A DNA stretch of 55,760 nucleotides, filler included, from Squatina squatina (Eukaryota), in NCBI GenBank assembly GCA_031763465.1. It is 3 parts of 3 records of this genome, joined end to end, with 100 filler letters (N's around TTAATTAATTAA, not from the genome) between each part and the next. Parts side by side here need not be neighbours in the genome. Positions count along the whole stretch, not along the records: positions 1 to 27,156 come from JARFOE010000162.1; 2 more parts are not named here. One strand, written 5' to 3'. The translations under genes were made by a program, and so were the position numbers. Positions 1-13,400 of the stretch are shown in pieces. A model generated the notes under the pieces. The model did not search any database. It had not been told where the DNA came from and saw only the letters and a program-made list of their open reading frames with translations. The first letter of the stretch is position 1. Every line of letters starts with the position of its first letter.

Positions 1-1619
1 GATACGAGAGAGCATTTTCACTATGGCAATCTGTGCTTTCTAGCTGTGAAGAATGAAACAGAAGCAAGTATACTATTTGGCTCACATTAGCTCTTTATTG
101 AGCTTCATATTAATTTGAGAACATCATTCAAAATAATGACATGATTCAAAGCTCATGCTTTTCATGATACAATAGTGATACTGCACATTAAAAAAAAATG
201 CATGTAATGTCTAAATGCTACTCCGGGATTAGTTTTGTTTTGACATTCAACTGCCACAAAAAGGAATATGGTCTTTCAGCTTTTGACCTTTTCATGTTCA
301 AAGTCTACCTGGACTTTGGGAAAAAAAAACACATTCTATTATTTCCTTTTCCATTTCTGCTCTGTGCTTGGAGATTGAGACAATTGAAACTGCAGTTATG
401 GCAAATAGAATAATATAAGTCCAACATAAAAATGTGCTAGATTGCATCCTTGCCAGTAAAATGATTATTTTTTTGAAAGATGCCCTTGAGCCTCTCAAAA
501 ATATAACAAACTGAACCAAGCCAAATGCTATCACATCAGGGAGATTATTGTTTTGATCAGCATGTAGTGTGCAATTTTNNNNNNNNNNNNNNNNNNNNNN
601 NNNNNNNNNNNNNNNNNNNNNNNNNNNNNNNNNNNNNNNNNNNNNNNNNNNNNNNNNNNNNNNNNNNNNNNNNNNNNNACTTAATTTTAAAATTTTTTAA
701 CAATAATTTAACTTTTGTTGGCAACCAAAGAATTCTGAACGGGGCAGGCCCAACGCCTGAGCCACTCATCGCAGATCAATTCCAGTGAGGGGGCCTAAAT
801 CAAGCATTTGACTCCTTGCTTTCATGTCTAAGGGGCACAATGCCTGTTTTTAGCAGTTGCCAGCCATATCTGAAAAATGGCCTGCCCCAATTTCGTGTGG
901 GACGTTTTTCAGGTGTCTTTGGGGCACACAATTTTGGGCCCTGAATTTAGTCCTCGTGTTAGCTCATAAAATGGGCATAACGAGATCCAATTTCCGCTCC
1001 TGTCTTTTTTCTTTCTCTGCATCGAGAAGTGGCCTTCCGGCAATTTGGAAATATTTGCCCATATTTTGGGAAACAACTGCTCGTTTGGGGCATTTGGTTG
1101 CAGTCTTAAGATATTCTCCCTGTTTCTCATGATCTTTCTCATTAGAAAGCAATTATCTCTGTTATCACAAACTATTTACAGTCTGCATCTTAGTTTGTAA
1201 TCCTCAGGCCCAGTCTGCCCATCAATAACATCATGCAGCAAATGCAATAAATTTAATTCTAATTTGAAAGTCCACTTAAATTTCATGTGTTATGACGAAT
1301 GCAAATGTGACTCCTGGCAAAATGCATCAAATTCAGAAATAGAAAATGTAAAGTCTGATGCAATCACTTACAAATCTGTAAGTACATAAAAGTGTAAAAC
1401 ATATAAAGATAATACCATTAAGCCAAGCAGATATTGAAGTGGAATTTTCTTGAAGATGAGTTGGACCAGTATTTGTGAGAACTACTTAGGTTGAAATATT
1501 ACTTGTGGAAAGCTCTGTTAATCTCTGAAGCGGTATGCGCCATCTCTTCCATTAAGTTTGCCATAAAGATGTACAGTTTATACATTTCATGCACTTGAAG
1601 TTAATTGGGCAGTTAAAAT

Positions 1620-1696
1620 GATTTACTTGCACATCCTGCAATTTAATATACTGAATTCACTGTTTACAATACGGTCTCCTCTACATTGGGGAGACA
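1620..1696 (+). mobile_element. Penelope-like retroelement fragment (GIY-YIG endonuclease, degraded)
   Basis: Translates FTCTSCNLIY*IHCLQYGLLYIGET. Similar to 30320-30395 in this window and cut by a gap. Confidence 0.75.
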
Positions 1697-3224
1697 NNNN
1701 NNNNNNNNNNNNNNNNNNNNNNNNNNNNNNNNNNNNNNNNNNNNNNNNNNNNNNNNNNNNNNNNNNNNNNNNNNNNNNNNNNNNNNNNNNNNNNNNAAAA
1801 CATGTTAATTAGATCTAATTCACAGTTGCAGGTTAAGTTGATTAGAAAATGGACTAACCCATACAACTCAAATATGGCCTGCAAATATCACAGGATCATT
1901 GTGCTTTGTTTAATCAAGAACATTTCATGGTTATAACCAGAGAACAAAAAACATATGACAAGTAAAGCCTTAAAATTTCAATCAATTAGTAAATGCTAAG
2001 TTATATAAAACATCACATCAACTTAGGGGTAGCTTCCACACTGCAAACAAAAATGTTTGACATGCAATGGCTGCAATACTGCACGTGGCAATCTCAGACC
2101 TAACACTATCAACACTAATGAGTACAGAACAAAACACACCATTATGCTTATTATGATGGCGGGATTGGTTAATGTGTTATGGCTCGGTAATCAAATCTAA
2201 GGTTTCCAATAATGTAGGTAATTATTTAAAGTTTGCAGAATCTACTTGCACAAAATCTAAAAGTGCCAAAGGAAAACTATTTAACTGGTGGCGTTACTTT
2301 TTGGTCTGTCCTCAGTTGTGTACCATCTGTCTAAATCTCATGAGCGCAGATAAAATGGCATCTATGTTGAGGATATTTACATATTCCAATGCACAATAGT
2401 ACATGTAAGGGGAGAAAATGGCATGGTTGTAAGTTAATTCAAGTTAGTGGGACATTGCATATAATTTTGAACATAAAAGTTAAATAGATAAATTGTTGCT
2501 TAATACAATGCAGACACTCCTTAGAGATCTGTCCAGAGAAAACGCTATGGGGAAGATGTTGGACTTGCCCNNNNNNNNNNNNNNNNNNNNNNNNNNNNNN
2601 NNNNNNNNNNNNNNNNNNNNNNNNNNNNNNNNNNNNNNNNNNNNNNNNNNNNNNNNNNNNNNNNNNNNNNTGGAATTCAAAGATCAGTAGGGCGGCATTA
2701 GAAGCAAAGACCCCTGTAGTAATTAAGTGAAAAATTTCACACTGAGACTTATTTTATTCTTTATTAAACTGAAGCATTTATACGGTGCTGTAGTTTATTG
2801 GTAAATTGATTAATTTAGTTACACACTGGAGTAAAGAGTAATGCAGATTGATGAGCATCCCTCCACCATTCAACTGGGACTGGTGGTGATTAATTGCAAT
2901 CCATATTTATTTTAGCACTGTAAACAACTTCAATAAAGTACTTAAAACTGGCCATGCAATACCTAGAGGCAATTTGAAGCAATTGTTATCATCGTGCTGT
3001 AAGCTTATGAAGTAATTATACTGTACTTGAAAAAAGTGAATGTGATTGCCAGACCCAGTACATTCATGATTTATTTGTTATGTTAAAGTATAACAACCAG
3101 TGATGAGACAAATAGCATTAGAAAGTTTATTGGGAGAATTCTGAAATTTATAATGTTCCCCGGCATTATTGTTTAGTTGTGTGTTCCAAGAGCACAGATG
3201 GCTGATCCTGTTGTTATTGAGCAT

Positions 3225-3272
3225 ATACAGGGCATAAGACCATAGGGCCATAAGAAGTAGGAGCAGGAGTAG
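3225..3272 (-). mobile_element. CR1 LINE 3' tail fragment
   Basis: cataagaccatagggccataagaagtaggagcaggagtag resembles the reverse complement of a CR1 3' end with its short tandem tail. It abuts a gap. Confidence 0.55.
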
Positions 3273-4367
3273 NNNNNNNNNNNNNNNNNNNNNNNNNNNN
3301 NNNNNNNNNNNNNNNNNNNNNNNNNNNNNNNNNNNNNNNNNNNNNNNNNNNNNNNNNNNNNNNNNNNNNNNNTAAATGTGACATCCAGATGTTGTCCTTT
3401 TCTGGACCATCTTTGCAGCTTCAATTTGTAGAACCGAATGAACAATGACAGAGAAATCAATGTGCACTTTTTATTTGATTGATTGATTGTAGCTTAGCTT
3501 GTTGGTGTTCATGCTCATTGAGGTGAGAAATTATAGTGCTGACAAGTGGAGCACCGTCGATACCTCGTGATGTTATAAAGCAGTCGCAGGCTGGGAATTT
3601 CAGCAGCGTGCTATAATGCTGAGATCTAACAATGCACGTGGATCTTGGAATAAGACTTGATGTTTTCATTCTTCATTTACTGCCCTCATAGTTGAATTAC
3701 AACTTGTGCCAAATGTAGTGTAGGGTTGTCCCAAATTTATAACAAACCCACAATGCAGGAACAGTTGCACCCGTATTTCAGATGACTTCTTAATCCCCTT
3801 TCAATTTTAGGTCTACTTACCAACATAATTCCCTAGGCAAGGTAGAAAGGAGGCAGGTCCTGGTCCTGGCTCTGTGCCAATGACATTGCCAGGTTTTGTG
3901 ATCTTTTGGCTATTTTTCCACAGAAAGGGTTTGGGAAAAAGAGTTGTTATAAAGCATTGTGCATTCATGCAAGTTAAAAAGAGGGGTCTGAGGTAATAGG
4001 CAGTTAAGATGCCAATGAGCTAACTTTGATCTTATTTGCTCATTGACTGTAAATAATCAATTTCTTGCCGTGNNNNNNNNNNNNNNNNNNNNNNNNNNNN
4101 NNNNNNNNNNNNNNNNNNNNNNNNNNNNNNNNNNNNNNNNNNNNNNNNNNNNNNNNNNNNNNNNNNNNNNNNAAAAAGATTCTATCTAAGGAAAGACTCA
4201 CATTTTGAAATTGTAAAGGGAGTTTGATATAAAGGGACATCATTGATTATCCTGCCTAATTCAAGTTAGGATTCACTCGATGACTTTTTTGCTCTTGTCT
4301 ATGTTTAATATTCAAAAGTCTTTTTTTCCACTGTCCCCCCTCCCCTTTTGTTCTTTTTTTTATTCAG

Positions 4368-4432
4368 ATGACTCATATCCAGTGAGGATTCCTCGTGCAG
4401 AAACCATCCCCAGTTACAGCTCAATGCACTGA
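4368..4432 (+). CDS. Candidate terminal coding exon of an unidentified gene
   Basis: A ~45-nt polypyrimidine tract ends in TTCAG (AG 4366-4367). The phase-1 reading gives (x)DSYPVRIPRAETIPSYSSMH* with the first residue split by the intron; phase 0 gives MTHIQ*. AT-rich UTR-like sequence follows. No homolog recognised. Confidence 0.3.
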
Positions 4433-7400
4433 CAAAAACTTCAGAAAGCTGGAACATTTTCTAACGGCTGTGCTTTAAACTGTGGCACTGAACTTGCCCA
4501 ATGAAACAAGCAAGAGGAATGCTGAGCGAAATGGACCGGGGTTTGAATGATATTTGCAATATCTTTTTTCTTTTTTAAATTCGTACTTTCTCTTCAAGAG
4601 TTGGGGTAACGGAAAAGGGAAGAAGGATGGAACTGAATGCACATTGAAAGGAAGATTTGCTTTTTCTAAAGCAGATTTGAGCTTGTGTTCCAAGATGTCC
4701 AGCATCATTTCCTACCATGATAACCAGAAGTACTTTTGTTAAGCACTAAGTTTCAAGATTGTGCTGATTGGTCAGCAGCATTATAAAATTAACTACCTTT
4801 TTTTTAATTAACAATCAGTTAATCACCTGCTATTAAACCGTGGCACTGTACAGACATGTGGTTGGTTATTTAGGTGTTGCTTACAGAGGATTGCAGGTAC
4901 TTTTTTTCCACTAACGCACACAGATTAATTTTTAGGCTTTAGTAAGGTGCAACGTATAATTTTGTTGGGCTTTTGCAGGTCTGTCTGAGGTGCACAAACT
5001 TGCACTACAATGGTGTTGCTCTGGCATCTGTTATTGATTTGTTTTTGTTTTTTTGGAACACAATACAATAATCAATCCAGCAATGGGAACTCATTTAGAG
5101 GAACATTTCATAAGGTTCAAGGCTTTGCAAAGTGAACAGAACGTACACGTAAATTATAGCAAGAAATGTGTGAAAGCTTTTTATGCATTAGACCATAACC
5201 TTAGGTGATTACAAGAAAATGGTTCTGGATTTGGACGATGTCTACCATTTACATATATTTACTTTCAGTCATTAGCTGGGCAGTTCACAAGGGTATTCAT
5301 TAAAACAAGTTGTAGAGTGCTNNNNNNNNNNNNNNNNNNNNNNNNNNNNNNNNNNNNNNNNNNNNNNNNNNNNNNNNNNNNNNNNNNNNNNNNNNNNNNN
5401 NNNNNNNNNNNNNNNNNNNNNCTGGCACTCAAAAGGTGCTATAAAGGACACTTGCCTTCTGGATGGATGGCTCCTGCCTTTTCACTGCCGTGTTTCCGGA
5501 GACCTGGGAAACTTGAATTTAAATCCTGCTTCCAGCTGCACTGTGGAGATCTGATTTAAATATTTTAATGAAGTCCCTCGCAGTGCACTCAAACGGCACA
5601 CTAGCCACTGCCATAAAAATGGCAGCTTGCGCATACACTTCGGGTTGGGATTACGTTCCCTGTTTTTTAGGGTTTAACCACCCCACCCCCACCTCGACCG
5701 CCCCGCCCATCATGGGAGAGGGGTTCTATTTGAGTAGCAATGATGCCTTTCACGTTTATGTTTAAAAAGGATCTATAATGCCCCCAAATGATATGCAGTT
5801 CAATGAACACCAAGATCCACAACGGCACTAATATAAAGCTAAATGTTTGGTCACCTATCCCATCTTTGGTAGTTACGGGCTGTGAGTATTTTATACCAGA
5901 AGAGTGCAGTGCAGTTCATTGCAAGAGCAGTAAAGGTGGTTCCAGTGCTGCTTGATGAAGAATCTTCTACAGCCAGTCATAGTTGGTAAGTTAACACCCA
6001 CAGGGATAACATTGCATGCCCTTGTTACAACCTCTGTCAGTTAATAAAGAATAAGCACCACTTATATAGCAGCCGTTAGGAGTTATTGCTATATGTAAAC
6101 ACACTGTGTATTTAACAATAGTTCATTTAAAGAGTGAAAAGATATGGTTACCATTTATTAAAAAGAGGATCTATTTTAATACATTAACACTTTCTGATTT
6201 CAGTATTATCAATCTTCAAATTTTTAAGAAAACTATATATTTGTGTTCTAGAGTTTTGCTGTTTGAGATGAATTTGAAGTAGGGTAGACATACTGTTGTG
6301 ATTGATACTTTGATTATGTATAAAAAAGGAAAGTTTGAGTCTTTGTTTTACTGTTATTTGTCAAATTTGCAATTTTTAGAGACAGTTATGTTGGTTTGTG
6401 TTTATATTTCAATGGCTGTTTTCTTTGTTATTCCCTTGTCTGTATTTCAATGCAATCGAACATTATAACATTCAACATTCTTTTTACCCTTGTCAAGTGT
6501 TTCATACAACAGTCCAGGACAATCCATTGGTCCAGTATTACTGGACAGCGCCAGTTAAAGATGGAGGAAGGTACTGATTTTATGCACCTGGATGCATTAC
6601 TTACACTGGTTATTCTGAAATGCGCAATAAATCTAACACAAGGTATAAAGCAGAGTTTTATTATTTTCATGGTGCCGTCCTATTGATTTAATAGCGTGAA
6701 AGTTCCATGTCCATTATTTTTGTCTTGCCAAAAAGAAAACCTTTCCTCTATCCCACAGTAGCTCCAGGTATTAGTGGACCCCCGCCACNNNNNNNNNNNN
6801 NNNNNNNNNNNNNNNNNNNNNNNNNNNNNNNNNNNNNNNNNNNNNNNNNNNNNNNNNNNNNNNNNNNNNNNNNNNNNNNNNNNNNNNNAATTAGCAAATT
6901 TCACCCACACGGGAGAAATCAAAACAAAAGTCAACACTGTGATTCAAAGACATACCCCATGAATACTGTCACCTGGTGCTCTACTGCAGCAGTTGCTAGG
7001 TTGCCCACAGAAAACAATCTACACAACTGAAATTGGGTGCCTTTTTCAAGGGAGTTTTTATATTGAAATATTACATCTGAAAAAAATTACGGAGCCGTTT
7101 TGCATGAATTTCTCATTGTTTCTGCTGAAGTCATTTTTCCTTAAAGAACTATTTTTAATTTCACTGCAATATCTGTTTACTGGTGGCTCTGCTTCTGCAC
7201 CAGTCTGAGAAAATGACAGCTCATTCGCATTTGAGAAACCGACCTGCCTGAAATTGAAGAATACAACATTTGGGACAGGGATATAACTGCTTTGGATTCT
7301 GGTATTTTTTTCTTTTGAAAATGTGGTTTCAACACAACATTAGCATTCTTATGATGGTGGGAAAAGCTATTTGGAACTCTGGCGTCAGAATGCTAGTGGT

Positions 7401-7726
7401 TGCTGTGATTTCATACAGGCTGTTCTGAATAAATGCATCAACAAAGTGTGATGTTTTGGTATGCTCATCATGAAAATATGAACTGCAAACTATTTAATTT
7501 TACTCCAATATATGCTAAAATCAATGTTTTCATTAATAAAATCAATATACCATCTGTTCCAAATAATAAAACCACATGGAAGTGTTAAAACAAACACTTC
7601 ACTCATTTATTAAATGAGCAACAAACTCATGAATCATCACATTTATATGCATTTTTAATTCAACACAGCAGTTCTGTAACCTTATTAAATTTCAGCATCA
7701 TTGACAGTTTTAAGTTGTTGCAGGAC

Positions 7727-7870
7727 TGGGCGCTGCAGTGGGTTAGCGCAATGTCCTTCCACCCCAGTACCTGATGTAGAACCCAGCCCAGAGTGAGAAA
7801 CTGTGAATCTTATCTCGCTTTCTGGCTGTGAGGATCTTACTTGAAATGGGTTAGGGCAGCTTCAGCCCAT
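7727..7870 (+). mobile_element. Degenerate tRNA-derived SINE head (putative)
   Basis: A-box-like gcagtgggttagcgca followed by a decayed B-box-like segment. Confidence 0.3.
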
Positions 7871-10317
7871 TTATTATTGTTACTGCCATATAATGTAGTT
7901 AATCGACTGATTTTAAATGAAATAATTCACAGGCGTGACATGTGTCTTGTATTGATATATGATATGAATGGCAGTGATATTCTGTGGAGGACAGCAGGCC
8001 AAGGTTGAATAGTTGAGGTGTAGCAATGGAGGAATATTTTGAAGTTTTGCTTGATTACCTTTGACGATCTGGAAAAATTTATTTCAAAATCCTCCTTCAG
8101 ATGATTAAATGGTTGGAGTAAAGTCTCTGATACAGTTGATATATATCTAATTCCCGATTTTAACTCTGTGTTGGGCAGGGGCTAAAACTTCAGTGAAGTA
8201 TTAAAGAATATTGACAGAGTACGGAAGGAATGTGAATCCACACTTGCAAAAGTTAATTTCCAGGGCCAGAGAAGGAGCTTAGCAATAATTAAGACTTATC
8301 ACGCCGTTAAAAATTTACTTACACTGGAATGGACAAGCCCTAACTTTTTCTGATAAGTTTAATGGGTATATATCAGGCAAGTGCAGCAACTTCATGCCAT
8401 TCGATGTATTTGAGTGCTGAGTCTTGTAGCGAGATACCATTCTCGGGCAGCTTCTGGAGAAGCAAGGCATCTCGGACAGCACCTTCCTGATTTCCGTGTT
8501 GTCCAATTTACATGTAAATAACGGTGAGCGCTGATAGCCTCGCCATTATTTCTACCACAAAATCCGGGGCAATGCCCTGGCACTGAAAATTAACTTTAAC
8601 AAGTGTGGAGTCTCAATCCTTAGGATTTTAGTTATTGTTGGAGATTCAATTTTTTTTTTAACAGTTTCTTTCTGTCTCTTTTATCTCTATCTCTTTTCAT
8701 CCAATCTTTCTTTGCCTCTCTTTATTTCACTTTCTGTACCTGATTTGACACTATTCCAACTGACACTTCCTAGTTCAGACTCAATAACGATTTTTCAGTC
8801 TGATTGGTTAAGGAGATACGCAGTGGCTTGCCTTTGATTGAAGACCTCAGTCTTCAGAGGACTATCAGTGAGGTAACTGCGTCAGTGCACTGCTGTTCAT
8901 GCTGCATTCTAACTAGGAACGAAAGGCTGGCTCTTGTGAAGAACACAGTCCTCAAGACAGTACCTTAAGATGACCGCGGTCCCCTTAAAAAAAATCCAAA
9001 CTGTACAACTTTTGTTTTTATTTCCCCTGCTGAAAATTCCTGTTAATACACCAGCATTGCATCAGGGACCTGGGCATGGCAAGCACAGTATGCAACATGC
9101 ATGCTGGTGTCATAAATGCAACTCGATGCATCTCTGAACCTGCTTTATGGTGAGAAAAACATTGGGACGAATTGGGTTTTATTCCCCCCCTTCCTCCCCA
9201 CCACCCCCCGCCTTAAATTCANNNNNNNNNNNNNNNNNNNNNNNNNNNNNNNNNNNNNNNNNNNNNNNNNNNNNNNNNNNNNNNNNNNNNNNNNNNNNNN
9301 NNNNNNNNNNNNNNNNNNNNNTTAATTAATTAGGTATTCAAATACTGGTCATCTCATGATTAATGGATCATCTACTGAATACTAATGTGCCCAAGGCAAC
9401 TTGCTATCCTTGATTCCTTTTCTATTTATCACTGTTCAAGGTAATAAAGATAGAAATTATGCCTCATATAGAAATGAATTATTTAAAAATGAAAGTTCTA
9501 TTAACAAGCTGCAAAGAAATGTCATTTTGATATAGAAATGGTGCAGCAACTTTACTGAGCTGAATAAAATATTCTGTTGTTTTAGCACATTATTGTAGAA
9601 TGAACAGTAGTTTAATAAATTATGGAGACAGATACTCTTGCATAATTAAGTATGTAAATATGCACAAAGGGGCACATTTATAGCATGGTGTTACAGATGT
9701 TGTCTTAATTAGCAAAGTAGTATGCTGCAAAAATCTGGAAGATATAACAATAGCATATATCTTAAAAGAAAGTTCTGACATTAATACTGTGCTGGTGCCC
9801 TTTGCTGCTTGCTCAGTATGGAAAGAAATAATGCAGTCAATACTGACTGGGAAGCTCACACAACTATAATGAAGATCATAAATATTCATGTTCATAACTG
9901 GGTTTTTCTTTCATGTGTACTGAGAAAACCAACCATTCAAATTTTTAGCCATATTAATATTGAAGATTTTATGATGTACGAGTATATAAACATTTTCAAA
10001 TGTACCCTCTGTCTGTCCATTTTCTGCATGAAGATAAATATGGACTTATTTCTCTTCTATACCTTGCTGTTGCAATAACTTTTATTTTAAGCCAAGACAC
10101 TGGAATCAATTCTTAGTATTGACTTCTTTTTTTCTTGTTTTTTGGTGGGGGGGGAGTAGGAGGATGATCTGTGATGCTACTGATCAAATTACTGAAAACT
10201 GCATATTTTGTATATTTNNNNNNNNNNNNNNNNNNNNNNNNNNNNNNNNNNNNNNNNNNNNNNNNNNNNNNNNNNNNNNNNNNNNNNNNNNNNNNNNNNN
10301 NNNNNNNNNNNNNNNNN

Positions 10318-10458
10318 AATATAGCTAATGAACTGGCCTCAACAGCTTCCTGTGGTAGAGAGTTCCACAGGTTCACCACTCTCTGGGTGAAAAGATTTTT
10401 CCTAATCTCGGTCCTAAATGGCTTCCCCCTTATCCTCAAACTGTGACCCCTGGTTCTT
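10318..10458 (-). mobile_element. CR1 LINE ORF2 C-terminal fragment
   Basis: TRGHSLRIRGKPFRTEIRKNLFTQRVVNLWNSLPQEAVEASSL is the canonical CR1 ORF2 C-terminal motif. Confidence 0.92.
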
Positions 10459-13400
10459 GAGCCAATCAGGTGCAAGTCTGACATACTTTACATATTTAAC
10501 ACTTTCAAATGTGACAGTAAAGCACCAGATGCAAGAGTTTTAGAATCAATAGATAAATTAATATTTGTGTCAGTGGGTGAGCTGAAAGCAAAACCAGCCA
10601 ACTCAGGAAGTTATTAATTTCCCTGGACATGCTGGTAATCTGAGGGTTAACATCCAAATTCAGTTTATCAGTGTTGATTTTCATGGGATACATAATGGTG
10701 GCATTCCAACTAATTTTATTTCCTTGTATGCAATGTGTTCTACTCCCTCAAGCTCTCTCACCTCTATGTGAAATCTTTGAATTAGGAGGACACAGTGGTT
10801 CATGCTAAGAACTTGTCAAATTCTGGCTCTATGATCAACTGACAGGAGATCCTTTGGTAATATTGCACACACCCACATTTGATGAGATGAATGATGTTAC
10901 TTTCTCTTGTGCTTGTCACTTTCGCAATGTCTCGTTTAATTTTCTTTCTGAATTGCTGATTAGATTTCTGGTTTGAGCCTTGTCTTTTTGTTCAATCTTT
11001 CTAAATACCCCTTTCCATATCTTTTATATACGTGCACTACTAATTATCGTCTGCAAAAGGAGCACTATTACTCACCACAAACATTTCCAACATTTTTTCG
11101 AAACTTCTACCACAAACAGATTCCTAATATATTTTCATTACAGTACATGGCACTGTATCTGTCCATTCCTAATTTTACTTTTATAGTTCTAACTTACTAG
11201 CCCTCTTGTATTCCCATTGGACCCTACATTCAGCAAATGTGTACAGATTACAATGGCTAATGGTCATAGCCGCAGCTGTAGTCTGTGCAGATTGGCCATT
11301 CTATGACCTGTGCTTAATGACTGATTCCCTTTGCATACAAATCAGCTGCCTTTGTTATTCAGACTGCCGATGATGTTTCTACCGTGTAGCTCATAAGGAC
11401 TCATTAAGTGATTTCACCTTATGGTCCCTTTAATTTTGTCAGGTGACATACCAGATGGTAAACACACTCACTGTCTCCAATAAAATGGATTATGCTGACA
11501 CTGTAGTCATGAATAAAGGACACAAGATGTGTTTCTATTTAAAACAACTCAAATTTATTGTGTGTGATGTTCATTACACAAATTTTGTGAGCCTTGTGCT
11601 TCTAGCTCAAATTAGTGTATGATACAGATGTAAAGGTCTTCATATTATATGGTAATGAGTATCCTTGGGTTTACTATACATTTAAGTATCCTGTGTGATC
11701 TATATTGGCTATTCTAAAACTCATTTAAGGCTCCATCAAATATTATCACTACAGAAGCCCAGGGGACAAGTCCAGCCATTGATAAAAGATGCAGAAAACT
11801 TAGTCAGAACAAAAATAGAGTATATTGTTAAGTTTTTTTCTACTTAAATNNNNNNNNNNNNNNNNNNNNNNNNNNNNNNNNNNNNNNNNNNNNNNNNNNN
11901 NNNNNNNNNNNNNNNNNNNNNNNNNNNNNNNNNNNNNNNNNNNNNNNNNCTCCAGTAAAGTCACAATTAGTTTTGCAGCATTCCCATGGCTGATAGGATT
12001 CCTGTTCTAATGAGAATTTCAATTCCCATAATTCTGACAGGAAACAGCTATACATAATATCCCATGGGTCTTTATAATATATTATGCTTACAATCTAGTT
12101 TAATAGTACAGAATTAAGTAAACTTAATTAGGTTTAAAAGATTAAAAAGAAGTTTAAATGATGTGCTGTATTCCTTAGTGGAAGAAAATAGAAGGAATTT
12201 ATTGGCAGAATGCTAATAAGAATGCTAGTATTGCAGCAGAAATCAATCCCTGAAAATGGGATGCAGTTATTAGTAGCATTAACAACTGTGACTTTCGTCA
12301 CTTCAGTCTGCAAACTGTGGAACAAATAGCTGTTCTGGAAGTAACACAAGGTTTACCCTGGCTACAAAAGATAGTGGAAGTGGTATTTAGTCTGTTATTT
12401 GGCACAGGGTTAAAGTGTCTATGCTTTTGACATTTTCTCCAAATCAATTTTGACTGAACAAGTTGTTACAGTAACTAGGTGNNNNNNNNNNNNNNNNNNN
12501 NNNNNNNNNNNNNNNNNNNNNNNNNNNNNNNNNNNNNNNNNNNNNNNNNNNNNNNNNNNNNNNNNNNNNNNNNNNNNNNNNTACTTTATGAGGACACCTA
12601 ATAACATGTACTCACAAACATCCTGATGATCTGTAATAAATACCTGGGGAGCTTTGACGTGCTACAATAATAATGATACCTCCAGAACTTGACCAAGCTT
12701 GGAAATACAATTCCAATTTGTGATATAAACCATGACTTCAGCCTATTTATTTCTAATTGGAATAGCCTTTGAGCAAACAGTTCACAAGTTGCTCAACGCA
12801 TTAAATTGCGTTTAACCTCAATGGTTCCTGATATGATTACCTGCTTGATGTCATTGAACTCATTTTCACCAATATGTGTTTTTATATTAAATCAGGTGTT
12901 CAGTAAGAAATACATTTGAACTGCTGCTATCCCAGAGGGAACACAAATTGCAGGTAATCACATTTCGTCATAGGTTTGTGTGAAGGTGAAACTTTGTTCC
13001 GCAAACTGCTTCCTTCAAATATGCTTATCTCACTGGTGTGTGCATTTTAATTTTTTAGTTTGTTAAATATGCGTTTTCAGTCTCCAGAAAAAAAAATCAG
13101 ATTCTCATGCTTTAGTGAAATTGCAAATGAAAAGCATAATTTTTAGAGCAATATTGTTCAAAACATTCAATACTACAATTGCATATTCAGAGAAATGTTT
13201 GCGAGATGTAATATGTTTATAAGTGTGTTTTTTTTAGTCGATGCAACATTTAACTTCTAATACTGTGGTCACACATTCAAATCCAATTTGGCTTTATCTA
13301 CTCAGGATACCTGAGGCATAATCTTTAAATTATTATTATGTGCCCTATGTTCAATAAACACTAGAAATGCAGGATTTCCACTGCTTATTTCTTCTATGCA

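Noticed and set aside
9322-9333. ttaattaattag next to a gap, resembling a third spacer
   Set aside because: It is not the full 12-mer, follows a complete 100-N gap and has no Ns after it. Probably natural AT-rich sequence.
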